A stretch of 63,821 bases of DNA, filler included, from Octopus bimaculoides (lineage: Eukaryota), in assembly GCF_001194135.2 (NCBI RefSeq). It is 5 parts of 5 records of this genome, joined end to end, with 100 filler letters (N's around TTAATTAATTAA, not from the genome) between each part and the next. Parts side by side here need not be neighbours in the genome. Positions count along the whole stretch, not along the records: positions 1 to 24,620 come from NC_068996.1; positions 24,721 to 46,536 come from NC_068993.1; 3 more parts are not named here. One strand, 5' to 3'. Position 1 is the stretch's first letter. Each line of letters opens with the position of its first letter. Shown here in pieces: positions 12,151-26,536 of the stretch. The notes beneath the pieces were generated by a model that was given only the letters and a program-made list of their open reading frames with translations, did not search any database and had not been told where the DNA came from. The position numbers were made by a program, and so were the translations under genes.

Positions 12151-14343
12151 ACTCATAATACAGTTGCCATGGAAATGAAAAGGTCAATTTATTTTCTCTC
12201 AAATGGCAAACAAGGTGATAATTTGTATATTGATAATGATGGTTGTTTTTTGTAAGTTTGCCCTTTTTTTTTTATTTGTTTCAGTCATTGGACTGTGGCC
12301 ATGCTGGGGCATCACCTACAAGGTTTTTAGTAGAACAAACCAACCTCAGTATTTATTTTAAAGCCTGGTGCTTATTCCATCAGTCTCTTTTACCAAACTG
12401 CTAAGTTACAGTGATGTAAATAAATCAACAGCAGATGTCAAGCAGTGATGAGGGACGAGTCATTTGACTGTGGCCATGCTGGGGCACTGCCTTTAGTCGG
12501 GCAAATCGACCCCAGGACTTATTCTTTGGAAGCCTAGAACTTATTCTATCAGTCCCTTTTGCTGGACCACTAAGTTACCGAGACGTAAACACACCAGCAT
12601 CAGTTGTCAAGTGATGGTGGAGGGACAAACACAGACAAATACTACACACATACATATATATATATACGACAGGCTTCTTTCAGTTTCCATCTACCAAATC
12701 TACTCACAAGACTTTGGTTGGCCCAAGGTTATAGCAGAGGACACTTGCCCAAGGTGCCATGCAGTGGGACGGAACCCGGAACCATGTGGTTGGTAAGCAA
12801 GCTACTTACCACACAGCCACTCCAGGCTTCTTTCAGTTTCCATCTACCAAATCCATTCATAAAGCTTTGGTCATCCTGAGATTTATAGCAGAAGACACTT
12901 GCCCAAAGTGTTACATGGTGAGACTGAACTCAAGACCACATGATTGGGAAACAAGATTCTTATCCACGCAGCCATGCCTGCATCTATATTTGATTTTATT
13001 TAAATTTTTTTCTACTAAATTTTGGAAAGTTTACTTCATAAAACATTCAAATTCCAAATTCTTTTGTCCCATTAACAAAAAGTATGGTACATTTAATTCT
13101 TACCAACATGAGTAAATGTAATTCTGAACATATTATACCCTTATACACATCTCAGTCATTTAACTACTGCCATGCTGGAGCACTGCCTTTAGTTGGAGAA
13201 ATCAACCTCAGGACTTGTTCTTTGTAAGCCTAGTACTTATTCTATCAGTCTCTTTTGCTGAGCCGCTAGCATTGGTTGTCAAGCAATGTTGCTTGGGGGA
13301 GGGGTGACAAACACAGACATAAAGACACAGACACATAAATATATATACATATACACAATGGGCTTCTTTCAGTTTCCGTCTACCAAATCCACTCACAAGG
13401 ATATAGCAGAATACTCTTGGCTAACACAGTGGGACTGAACCCGGAACCATGCATTTGGAAAGCAAGCTTCTTACCACACAGCTATGCCTGCACTTATATT
13501 AGCTTAATGAATTTTGCCTTTAATATCTTAAGATTTTATAAACTTCTCTTTTTTCTCCTTCTTCTTCTCTAGATATTATTTGAAAAATGGAGATATAAGC
13601 ACCCACCACATACACACATATAAATATTAATGCTCCAACATGGGCATAGCCCTTGGGCTAGAATTAGTGAAGGGAAAAATATATAAATATGATATGTAAA
13701 AATCATCATCATCATCATTTAGCATCCATCTGCCTTGCATGCATGGGAAGGATGGTTCACAGGAGCTGGCCAGGTAGAAAACTACCCTGGGCTACTGTGT
13801 CTGTTTTGGCAGGGTTTTTATGGCTGGATGCCCTTCCTAACATCACACACTCTGCAGAGTGGTAACATTTATACATATTAGATATAGATATTTATATGTA
13901 TGAGTATAACATATAATAAATATTTATCTGCATATATACATCATCATCATTTTAACATCTACTTTTCCATGGAATTCAGATAGAATTTACCAAGACAGAT
14001 TTTCTATGATTGATGCCCTTCCAGTGATGGACCGTTGCCCTAGAGTGAACATGTTTCCATGGAAGACTGGAAATGAGTGACACTGCTTGTATGATGCAGA
14101 TGAGTGTCTATTACATAATTTCATCACTAGAAGGCACACACATACACTTATATAGTGGGGTACTCCAACAGGAGGCATAGGAATGGCTGTGTGATAAGTG
14201 GCTTGCTTACCAACCACATGGTTCCGGGTTCAGTCCCACAGCGTGGCACTTTGGGCAAGTGTCTTCTACTATAGCCTCGGCTGACCAAAGCCTTGAGAGT
14301 GGATTTGGTAGATGGAAACTGAAAGAAGCCCGTTGTATATATG

Positions 14344-14393
<50 letters not shown>

Positions 14394-14617
14394 TCTGTTT
14401 GTCCCCCTCCCCAACATCACTCGACAACCGATGCTGGTGTGTTTACATCCCTGTAACTTAGCGGTTCGGCAAAAGAGAACGATAGAATAAGTAATAGGCT
14501 TACAAAGAATAAGTCCTGGGGTCGATTTGCTCAACTAAAGGTGGTGCTCCAGCATGGACACAGTCAAATGACTGAAACAAGTAAAAGAGTAAAAGAGTAA
14601 TATGAATGGTTCTTTAA

Positions 14618-15390
14618 CCCTCTAGCATTTAAACTGGCCATATCTACTCTGCTGGGTGGTTGGTATTAAGAAGGGTGTCCAGCTGTAAAAATCCTGCCAA
14701 AACAGATACAGAAGTTAGACTCTTGTCAAACCGTCCAACCCATGCCAGCATGGAAAGAGGACGTTAAATGATGATGAGGATGATGATACGCAGCCCAGAT
14801 ATTCTACATGTTTTATGCTTAAGCTGACTGGATCAAAACTCTCACACTTAACCTACAATGTCCTTCTAAAAATAAACAGTCACCTCAATGAAATCTCAAA
14901 GCTAAAAAATTATTCATGATTTATTCAAAACAATTTGAATAGGCACAGGAGTGGCTGTGTGGTAAGTAGCTTGCTTACCAACCACATGGTTCCGGGTTCA
15001 GTCCTACTGCGTGGCACCTTGGGCAAATGTCTTCTACTATAGCCTCGGGCCGACCAAAGCCTTGTGAGCGGATTTGGTAGATGGAAACTGAAAGAAGCCC
15101 ATCGTATATATGTATATATATCTATATATGTGTATGTGTTTGTGTGTCTGTGTTTGTCCCCCCACCATCGCTTAACAACTGATGCTGGTGTGTTTAAGTG
15201 CCCGTAACTTAGCGGTTTGGCAAAAAGAGACTGATAGAATAAGTACTAGGCTTACAAAGAATAAGTCCTGGGGTCGATTTGCTCGACTAAAGGTGGTGCT
15301 CCAGCATGGCCACAGTCAAATGACTGAAGCAAGTAAAAGAGCAAAAGAGATAAGCATTATGTTTGAGAGGATAATTTGAATGCCAAAGAG
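14618..15390 (+). mobile_element. piggyBac-type MITE (TTAA-CCCT...AAGAG-TTAA) with a nested RTE 3' tail (14646-14787) and nested SINE A (14942-15350)
   Basis: TTAA at 14614-14617 and 15391-15394. Removing the two inserts rejoins the same MITE seen at 47998-48135 and 15390-15600. Confidence 0.7.
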
Positions 15391-16175
15391 TTAAACCAAC
15401 CATATCCAATCCGAATATTCTACTTGTTTTATGTTCAGGCTGATCAAATCTGACCTCATACACCTGCCCTACAATGTCATTCCAAAAATAAAACTGTTAT
15501 TTCAATGAAGCTATGAGATAATCCATGATTTATTCAAAACTATGGAAATAAACAGGCATTATATTTGACAGAGTAATCTGACTGCTAAATGGTTAGTTGA
15601 ACAAACTGAATAACAAATGGGTTTTCTAAAGACAATTAAATTTGCATAATGAGATGGAACTTTTTCAACATATACTGTGCAGACTTCATATGCATATAAG
15701 CTACAAAGAGGCCATTCGTTTAGCTGCTGAAATTTCAATGGAAAGACAGCCATGAATAGACAATGCATACATACAAGCGCTGTGTGTGGTGGAGGACTAC
15801 ACCAACATATCCTTCTCAAGGTTCATATTGGTGTTAATAATCCTTTCTATTATAAGCACAAGGCCTGAAATTTGGAGGAGGGGGAATAGTTTATTACATC
15901 GACCCCAGTACTCAAATGGTACTTATCTTAACAGTCCCAAAAGGATGAAAGGCAAAGTCGACCTCGGCGGTATTTGAACTCAGAATGTTAAGGTGAACGA
16001 AACGCCACTAAGCATTTCACTTGGCATACTAACAATTCTGCCAGCTGACCACCTTAATAATAATTTCAAATTTTGGCTCAAGGCTGGTAATTTGAGGGGT
16101 GGGGCAAAGTCAATTGCATTGACTGCAGTACTTAACTGGTACTTTATCGACAACAAAAGGATGAAAGGCGGCAGC

Positions 16176-16230
<55 letters not shown>

Positions 16231-16552
16231 TGATGATGATTTCATTTGTTTGCCATAAGGGCGAAGGATGAGGAGGACAATACAAGGACAGACATAAAGT
16301 GTAGGGGTTTACATATAATGAAATGATAACAAAAAAAGGAAAGAAAGAATAATAATGATTTCTTTGACCACAATGGGTTTAAATTAATGATGATGACNNN
16401 NNNNNNNNNNNNNNNNNNNNNNNNNNNNNNNNNNNNNNNNNNNNNNNNNNNNNNNNNNNNNNNNNNNNNNNNNNNNNNNNNNNNNNNNNNNNNNNNNNNN
16501 NNNNNNNNNNNNNNNNNNNNNNNNNNNNNNNNNNNNNNNATATATATATATG

Positions 16553-16624
<72 letters not shown>

Positions 16625-16706
16625 CATGCCTTAGGTCTCTGGTTGAGACCCAGTTGGAAGATGAAATTAAATGCAAACCAACCAGAAAAATAATAATAAT
16701 AAAAAT

Positions 16707-16752
<46 letters not shown>

Positions 16753-16961
16753 GTTTCAAATCTTGACACAAGGCCAGCAGCTTTGGGGAAGGGGCTAAGT
16801 CAGTTACATTGACCTCATTGCTCAATTGGCATTTATTTTATCGACCCCGAATGGATTAATAATAATAACAACAAAGCAACAACAATAATAACAATAAAGA
16901 AATGAAAACAAAACTGAAAGAAGAAAAACTGATGATGATGATGGGCATAAATCATCCTTAC

Positions 16962-17050
16962 CTGCCACTTTTGAGTCATAAGCAACACCAACACCACATT
17001 TAGAATTATCTCTTTTCGCAGCAACCTCTCCAGCGCAACGTGTTCCATGG
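16962..17050 (-). CDS. PCSK2: Prohormone/neuroendocrine convertase 2 (subtilisin-like S8), internal exon with catalytic His
   Basis: Acceptor cctctatttcag and donor GCAG|gtaagg. The 89-nt exon (phase 2 to phase 1) encodes [35 protein letters not shown] and a first base C (consistent with N-S-HG) favour PC2 over furin/PC1. Confidence 0.88.
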
Positions 17051-17397
17051 CTGAAATAGAGGAATATATTTAGAGATGAATAAATAAACAAGGATGTATA
17101 TTTGTCACCCTCACCATTTAATGTCTGCCCTTCAAGCTGGTATATGTTGGATTGTGAGCCAGAATTTTGTGGCAAGCTCTGCTGTCTGCAGTGTCATGGT
17201 TTCTATAGCTGGATGCTGCCCTTCCTAATGCCAACCACTTTACAGAGTGTACTGGATGCTTTTTAAATGGCACCAGCACTAGAGATATCACTTAATAACT
17301 TACAAGATCCACCCACCACCACCAACTGCAGAAGGGTGTAGTAATTAGGGAGGTGGCTTTATGTGGTTTTGTGTGCATGTATGTGTGTGTGTGGGTG

Positions 17398-17770
17398 GAG
17401 GTGCAATGGCCAAGTGGTTAGGGCAGTGGACTCGTGGTCATAGGATTGCGGTTTCGATTCCCAGACCGGGTGTTGTGAGTGTTTATTGAGCGAAAACACC
17501 AAACGCTCCTCGAGGCTCCGGCAGGGGATGGTGGTGAACCCTGCTGTACTCTTTCACCACAACTTTCTCACTCTTACTTCCTGTTTCTGTTGTGCCTGTA
17601 ATTCAAAGGGCCAACCTTGTCATACTGTGTCACGCTGAATATCCCCGAGAACTACGTTAAGGGTACACATGTCTGTGGAATGCTCAGCCACTTGCATGTT
17701 AATTCACGAGCAGGCTGTTCCGTTGATCGGATCAATTGGAACCCTTGACGTCGTAAGAGACGGAATGCCA
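17398..17770 (+). mobile_element. tRNA-derived SINE family C (tRNA-His-like head), full length
   Basis: Head ggtgcaatggccaagtggttagggcagtggactcgtggtcatagg..ggtttcgattcc. The body recurs at 28940-29326 (-), ~41685-41935 (+) and ~50196-50335 (-). Confidence 0.8.
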
Positions 17771-20074
17771 ACAATGTGTGTGTGTGGTTATGTGACTAAG
17801 AAGTTTGCTTTCCAAATACATGGTTTTGAGTTCAATCTCAACGTGTGATGCTTTGGACAAGTGTTTTTTACTACAGCTCCAGATTATCCAAAGTCTTGTG
17901 AATGAATTTGATAGACAGAAACTTAAAGAAACCATTGCCATTGTGCATGTTAACAAAAGCCCGTTTAGGCTTCTTGGTTTATCATAATATGTTGTATGGT
18001 CTTTGTAAACAAAAGGATCATTCACACAGTATTGTTTCCTTCCATTTCTCCATGCAAGCATATCAGGGCTGTTTGTTGTTGAATGGACTAAGAGATTATT
18101 ATTTCACTTGGAAAACAAATGGAGGATAGCATCTGGCAATAGAAAATTCTGCTTTGCTATACTAATCCTTCGACCCATACAAGCATCGAAACATCGATTC
18201 TTTTATTCGATTATTCTTTTTAGATGTTAAAGCAATGATAATTACATGTTGCTTTTTTTTAGCTGAGGTAACTACGTGCATTCCTAAAAGTAAAACACCT
18301 GTTCCTGTCCTCTCTATCATACTTTAACCTCTCAGCATCTTTTATGCAAGGTGCTGAGAGATTAAAACCACCTACCTAAAATAACCTGCCTCAGGGCTGC
18401 TCCCACCTAAAGTATCAAAACCAGAATTATTCAAAGAACGTAATGACTTATTCATTTACAAAATATCCAGACTGTCTTCAAAAAAGAATTACATTTTTGT
18501 GCATTAATTATGTTTCTGACATCTACAGCCATGACCCCAAAACAATATATATGAAAGGATAGCAAAAGCTTTTTGGAAATAGTTCTTGCAACTAGGAATA
18601 AAAGCAGAATAAAATATATTCAGTGCTTGATGGATCAACAACTTAATAGGCCTTTTTTCTTTATTTAATATATAACAAAACAAAAACAAAATGAATATAA
18701 AACAAACAAGGAAATAAAATAAATGAATAATAGATGAGGTAATTAATAGCAGACTAAAAGTTCTAAGAGCTGGCCTGAGGAGATGAAAGCAATCAATTGG
18801 TTAACTGATGCCATATAATCAAAAGACTGGAAATAGATTCTATCAAATTCTGATTAAATTTGAGGTGTGTGTGTATCATGTATCCACATGTGTGTCTGTT
18901 TGTATGTATGTATGTGTATAGGTATGTATGCATGTATATATGTATATGTGAGTATGTGTGCATAGAAGTACGTGTGTGAGTATGTACGAATGTCTGTATA
19001 TACATGTGTATGAATGTGCATATGGATGCATGTGCACGTGCATATGTCTATTTTAGTGTATGTGTATGCATGCATGTGTGTGCATGTATGTATATGATTT
19101 TAACTTTTTTCAGGTTTACTTTCAGAAGTCTATAAACCTATAATTTGGATATTATTTGAGATTGAAATTGAAATATAGAATTATGCATAGAAAACGGAAT
19201 ATGAATTAAAAGAAACATGAAAAGCATTTGAAACAACAACAACAACAACAACTGTGATAACATCACCACCACTAACAACAACAATTTGAAGATTCAAAGA
19301 AACCAGAATAATTTCAAACAAGTAAAAGAAAAACAAAAACAAAAACCAAAAAAATATCTAAAAGAATTTTATTGTTTTTTTTTACCAGCTAAATGGTTAT
19401 GAAATGTAGAAATGTATGCCATTTTTTAATTACACATACCCACACACATACATAATTTAATTTACGTATCCATTTCATATACACATAAGCCTAAGCATTA
19501 CAATTTTAGTCCATCGAAGTGAAACATCCCGAAATATATCAAATACGCCCAGTAAGTGGTTTTTTTTTTTTCTCGATCTCCTTGTTGTTCACCTCAGGCA
19601 TCTCAGATATGGAACATCATAACAAAATCAGTGCTGGCTCGAGTTTTTATAGAAAATCTGCAGAGATAACCTTATCAAAATCTAGCAGCTACAAGATTTG
19701 GCATGATTAATTCAAAACAATGTGAATAAACAAGCATTGCATTTAACAGAGTTAATCTGAATGCTAAACAGGTAATCATAAAGTGTGCTCAATAACTTGT
19801 CAGGAAGTGGGTGCTATGACTTCCGTCTGTGTGAATTGAGCAAACAGGATGAATGAGTCTCGACTATACCACATTTGATGTAATGAGTTGTTAGTATATG
19901 TCACTGTAGTGATTAAACTATCAGATCTTGCTATACAGCACTGGTCATAATATTCTACCTTGCATAATGTCACCCTGTTGGGTAGGCCCATGGTGTGTTA
20001 GAAACTGAGATCATAATATTCCCTCTTAACAGGATACCGGTCCATCACAGAGTAACTCATTTTGTAGCTGATTT

Positions 20075-20141
<67 letters not shown>

Positions 20142-21856
20142 NNNNNNNNNNNNNNNNNNNNNNNNNNNNNNNNNNNNNNNNNNNNNNNNNNNNNNNNNNN
20201 NNNNNNNNNNNNNNNNNNNNNNNNNNNNNNNNNNNNNNNNNNNNNNNNNNNNNNNNNNNNNNNNNNNNNNNNNNNNNNNNNNNNNNNNNNNNNNNNNNNN
20301 NNNNNNNNNNNNNNNNNNNNNNNNNNNNNNNNNNNNNNNNNNNNNNNNNNNNNNNNNNNNNNNNNNNNNNNNNNNNNNNNNNNNNNNNNNNNNNNNNNNN
20401 NNNNNNNNNNNNNNNNNNNNNNNNNNNNNNNNNNNNNNNNNNNNNNNNNNNNNNNNNNNNNNNNNNNNNNNNNNNNNNNNNNNNNNNNNNNNATATATAT
20501 ATTAGAACTGCTAACGACTCTGCCAGCTTGCTGCCTTATTTAGATAAATATTGGTTGCACAATAATTATTAATAATGATAGTTTCAAATTTTGGCACAAG
20601 GCCAGCAATTTCAGGGGAAGGGATAAGTCAATTACATTGACCTCAGTACTTAACTGGCACTTATTTTATCGTCCCCAAATGAATGAAAGACAAAGTCAAC
20701 TTTGGTGGAATTTGAATTCAGAACGTAAGGATGGATGAAACGCCATCAAGCATATAAATATTAGTGGCATTTGCATACAGAGGCAATTGCTAATTTTGCT
20801 CACAAACTCTTACCCAGACTTACGCACACAAGAGCAGATGCTTGGACAACATCAAATGAAGGAGATATTAAATATCATAATTCCAATGATTATCATCATC
20901 ACCATTATTTTACATTAATATTTCTAAGCTCATATAGTTGTTACAGGAGAATCATTCTCTATATTCCCCCAATATCATACACTTTTTTTTCTTTTATATA
21001 GAATTTTGTCCTAAACAAGGCTTGAAGCCACTGTAGTTTAAAAGGTCTACAAAGAAGAAAAAGAAGAATCTTACAAATGCAAAAGATGTTGATTGGTAGA
21101 AAGCATAAAGAACTGAATATCATAGAACCTCACTGCCATCATCTTTTCCTCTACACTGAGAACCACAGTTAAAAGCTATTAGAATAGAAGAACTTATGAC
21201 TGACAGGAAGCTCAACAAAAAAAAAAAAAGAATATGGCTGGAAAGGAAAGCAGGTAATGCATTTAAAGGTTTTGAAAAGTGGTATAAGACCAGAAAGTTT
21301 CTAAGGCATTTGGTTCCATGGGCCACATGTAGCAGAATCGATGCACTCTCAACACAGAGATGTGTCTAGCACAAAGTCTGGCGATCAAACAGAGATTGAG
21401 GTTCTGTGGCTATTCAATATGTAGTCTAGAGATTGTTGGCTTCCCCTGGTGACTAAATTACATTCTAGAACATTTCAAGGTTCACTGGGATTGATAAAAG
21501 GGACATAAATGCAATTTCTTAGAAGCTTCTGGAATGTTTGCCAAGGGGGAATCACCGTGGGTAACTCCCATGATTCATAACTTAGGCAATGACAAATCTA
21601 TTTCAAATTACACGACTCGTACAAGTGCAATGATCTAGAAGTGCTTATATGAACAAGAGAAACATGCAACTCTTTATTGTTGTGTATGTTTGCATATGCA
21701 ACGTATTTCTTTTACACATAAGTATAATAGAATCTAAGGGAGGGAGCTTGGTTTTTTTTACAGTTGGTTTGTCGTTTTTATAGCCAACCATTACCCAGCA
21801 TAGACTATCATCAACATTGAAGAGAATGACTGCCTGGACTACACTAGCATCTGTAC

Positions 21857-21936
<80 letters not shown>

Positions 21937-22311
21937 CACGCACACACATATAATAAAAAAACCAAAAACTAAAAAAAAAAAAAAATCAGCTCAAAGGAGT
22001 GCAAACATGCTTTAGATCTCATCAGTTAAGAACCAAATCATAAAAAAAATCTTGATGGCATCTGACAATCTTGTTCAATTTAGTTGTGCCAGCAATATAA
22101 ACTCTGCTAAATCACAGATGAGCAGATATATAAATCAAAAGACAAATAGTGAGAGAAAAGAAAAAAGAAAAATGAATAAAATATGGTTTTGACAAAGGCA
22201 GAAGTGGAAAAGAAAAAAGAAAAAGAATTTTTTTCATCAAATAGTAGATTGAGAAGAGTTGTGAAGAACATGAAAAATATACAGTAAAAAAATGTGTGCG
22301 TATGCATGTAT

Positions 22312-22349
<38 letters not shown>

Positions 22350-22522
22350 GATTAAAGGATATGTTAATCTCATAAAGGGATGGTTGCATGCAAGTAAATA
22401 CTGGTTCAATACCTAGTATTGTTGAGGAGTGAAATTCCCTTAAAACAATAGGTATGTATTAAATATATAGTTTATATCCATTTAAAAGAAGGAAAGCAAA
22501 GAAGAAAAGAAGGAAAGAAAAC

Positions 22523-22583
<61 letters not shown>

Positions 22584-23500
22584 NNNNNNNNNNTATATAT
22601 ATATATATATATATATATGTATACATATATATATATATGTATTTTATTCTTTTATTTGTTTCAGTCATTTGACTGCGGCCATGCTGGAGCATTGCCTTTA
22701 GTCAAATAAATCAATCCCAAGACTTATTCTTTGTAAGCCTAGTATTTATTCTATCGGTTTCTTTTGCTGAACCACTAAGTTACGGGGACGTAAATACAAC
22801 ATCGGTTGTCAAGTGATGGGGGGAACAGAGACAGACACACAAACACACACATATACATATATGTATATATTTATATATACATATATACATATACACATAT
22901 ATGAAGGTCTGATGAGTTGCCTATATTGACAAGTGCAATAACCGACATGAAACCAACGGTAACTTTCTGGCTGACGATAACCAACATATATGTGTATATA
23001 TGACATCAGATGACATGAAAAACAAAATTGTGAAGTAACAGAAAAGCAGGTACACAGAAAATAAGTGAAAAGTTGGCAAATATAGAAAGATATGAAAGAA
23101 AGGTACTGAGAGGAAAACAAAGGAAATATACATGGATATCAAGATATATACCTTTATATATTCACACACGCATATATATATATATACACAAATGTATACA
23201 GAAATATACAACTAAATCAATATATATATATATTGAATTCCAGAAGAAGCTTCGTGAGACCACTACTGAGATGCTTCTGAAAAAAGGAAAACCGTTGGAA
23301 AACAGTTTATAGCAGAGACTCCAGCAAATAAGATCTGAAGAAGGAATTCTAATTCCGAAATATCATCGGACTATAGTTTACCAAGTTACAACAGGTATAC
23401 AGTCCATTTTTTGTTCTATAGTGCATTGTTATACCTTCCTAAACTTTTTATTCTTTACAAACAATACACAATGTTTCAAGCGAACTACAATACTCTCATA

Positions 23501-23543
<43 letters not shown>

Positions 23544-23545
23544 AT

Positions 23546-23918
23546 TGTGCCGGTGGCATGTAAAAAGCACCATTTGAACGCGATCGTTTTCAGCTTCGCC
23601 TTACTGGCACTTCTGCCAGTGGCATGTGAACAAAGCATTGGACTGACTCCTGTGCTGGTGGCACGTAAAATACACCATTTTGAGTGTGGCCGTTGCCCGT
23701 ACCGCCGGACTGGCCTTCGTGCTGGTGGCACGTAAAAAGCACCCACTACACTCTTGGAGTGGTTGGCATTATGAAGGGCATCCAGCTGTTGAAACTCTGC
23801 CAGATCAGATTGGAGCCTGGTGTAGCCATCTGGTTTCACCAGTCCTCAGTCAAATCGTCAAACCCATGCTAGCATGGAAGGCAGACGTTAAATGATGATG
23901 ATGATGATGATGATGATG
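23546..23918 (+). mobile_element. RTE LINE 3' UTR fragment with internal GTGGCA(C/T)GT repeats and (GAT)n tail
   Basis: Matches the 3' UTR that follows the RTE ORF at 26537-27322. Confidence 0.8.
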
Positions 23919-24664
23919 ATATATATATATGCAGAGAGAGAGAGAGAGAGTGAGTGTGAGAGAGAGTATGAAAGATGGATAGATGAATGGATAAATAGAT
24001 GGATGGATGGATGGATAGATGACAGACAGATGGATGGACAGAGAAAGACAGACAGATAGATAGGTAGGTAGGTAGAATAATAGAGAGTTTGTAACATTAT
24101 ACGGAAATAACTGGTAGGTGGTAAAAAAAAAAAACATGCAAAGCAGCACAGTACGAATACTAATGGAAAATGTTACACAAAGGTACAACAAAGAAGTTTA
24201 AGAGAAATATGCAGAAAGACACTACATATAAGAGCAAACATACTCTACTCCTCGTTAGTGCTTCACCAAATATAATAACAATTGCAGCACTTTCCTATAT
24301 TAATATTGTTCGATTTGGAAACATCAGCAATGCAGAAGCTGCTAGTACATAAACAGGCAGATGAAAGATATACTCTTTTACTCGTTTCAGTCATTTGACT
24401 GCGGCCATGCTGGAGCACCGCCTTTAGTCCAGCAAATCGACCCTAGTACTTATTCTATCGGTCTCTTTTGCCGAACCGCTAAGTGACGGGGACATAAACA
24501 CACCAGCATCGGTTGTCAAGCAATGCTAGGGGGACAAACACAGACACACAAACACACTCACACACACACATATATATATATATATACACACATATGCATA
24601 CAGTAATGGAAATGACGAAANNNNNNNNNNNNNNNNNNNNNNNNNNNNNNNNNNNNNNNNNNNN

Positions 24665-24676
24665 TTAATTAATTAA
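24665..24676. other. Assembly linker TTAATTAATTAA inside a 100-base gap (also 46581-46592, 54481-54492, 60698-60709)
   Basis: Identical six-frame-stop 12-mer centred in N runs four times; marks unsized gaps, not biology. Confidence 0.92.
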
Positions 24677-26536
24677 NNNNNNNNNNNNNNNNNNNNNNNN
24701 NNNNNNNNNNNNNNNNNNNNTATATATATATACATATACACTTAGACATCCCCTCTTACACAACCCACCCAGTCACCTTTTCTAACTCTGTCCCGTTATT
24801 TTTATCAACCTCATCATGAATCCCTTCACTCTCCCTTGTTACCTACCATGCTCACCTATCCTTTCCACCTACTATCCCTTATCCCTTAACCTAAGGCCAT
24901 CGTCTGCTCTCTCTTCAGATCTCTTTTGGGCCTTAGACTTGCAGGTTACAAAGTGATCATTGCTAGTGCTGGTAACATTAACAAAAAACACACAGTACAC
25001 TCTGTAAAGTGATTGGTGTTAGGAAGGACATCCAACCATAGAAACCATACTAAAGTAGACATTAGTGCATGACACAGTTCATTGACTTGTCAAACGCTGT
25101 CTAACTGTCTATTGTCATTGCCATCATCATCCCCGTCATCATTGCTTTAATGTCCATTTTTTCCCCATGTACTTGCAAGGGTCAGACTTGGTGGGCTAGG
25201 TGATTTATGAAGTAAGTGTATGGACCATGGACAATATGAACATGTTGGTGATAAGATGTGAGCCATTTAAAATTCACTTGGTAATTGTCCAATATTCTAT
25301 TGTACATAGATTTTATAGAAAACCTCTCACAAGTAAGTCTTCTGCTGTGTGACATGAGACTGATTCAACTTTAAGTTTAATCCTTTTGATACTAACCTGC
25401 CTGACACTGCTCCTGTTTCCTGGGGTCGATTTGCTTGACTAAAGGTGGTGCTCCAGCATGGCTGCAGTCAAATGAATGAAACAAGTAAAAGAGTAAATGT
25501 TTAATTAACTTCAAATACTCAACTAGTACATCTTTTTATTTTCCTAATTATCTTTTGGAAAGCCAAATGCAAAATTGCCTCTTGTGAGATTTCAACATAG
25601 AACAGAGAAGTAGGTAGGTATTCTTTAAGAAGTATCCAAACAGGTTTTCTACTACTTCAAGCATATCTGCTTCTCTTAGGGATGAATAAGAAATATTAGT
25701 TACTGTTGATTAGACACAAAGAAGGAGAAATAGGAAGTTGCTACTTCTTATTCATACTTCTCCAAAGGACATTAGCGGTCTATGTAAAGTGAAAATGCTT
25801 TGAACAATAACTGGTCATGCTCTCTTAGGCTTGTTTTTATATTTATTGTCGGAAGTGAGAATAAATATTTCCTTTGTTGCTGTTTTGTAGCCCCTAAAGT
25901 ATTTCAGCCATGACCATCCCATTTTTTTTAAGGATATTACTTCATAAAAATGTATACTTTGAAATGATGGCACATGATTTGAAGGAGATTTGGCTGCTTT
26001 GGATTGATTGTGTGTTATACAGGAGGCATTACAGCTGATGAAGTAATTTAGTATATTCTTTTCTACTCTAGGAACAAGATTCGAAATTTTGGGGGAGGGG
26101 TCCAGTCGATTAGATTGACCCCAGTATGCAACTGGTACTTAATTTATCAACCCCGAAAGGATGAAAGGCAAAGTTGACCATGGCGGAATTTAAACTCAGA
26201 ACATAAAGACAGACGAAATACTGCAAAGCATTTCGCCCGGCATGCTAATGTCTCTGCCAGCTCGCCGCCTTTGTAACCTAGTATATAACTGTTATCTGGA
26301 GAGAGGTAGAGTAAAGCAGCTCCTGAAGGAAACTAAAAGGAAAAAGAAAAGAAAACTATTTCTGATGGATTTAAAACTGAAAATAGTAATATAGAGAATT
26401 GGATGCTCTGTAAAGTATCAACCATATTTGATGATATATAAGACATTTTTTTCCCTAAAAACATCACCCTGGGTCTTATATGTGAAGTTGGACCTTTAAT
26501 ACATGTTTTAAATCACTGAAAACTTTTTTTTCTTGA

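Noticed and set aside
17398-17470. tRNA-His-like sequence
   Set aside because: No paired acceptor stem; continues directly into a repeated SINE body, so it is a SINE head and not a tRNA gene.
23546-23750. Regularly spaced GTGGCA(C/T)GTAAAA repeats resembling a CRISPR-like array
   Set aside because: They are internal repeats of the RTE 3' UTR seen in several dispersed copies; eukaryotic context with no cas genes.
24621-24720. TTAATTAATTAA motif repeated four times in the window, looking like a conserved element
   Set aside because: Always centred in a 100-base N run; it is a six-frame-stop assembly linker.
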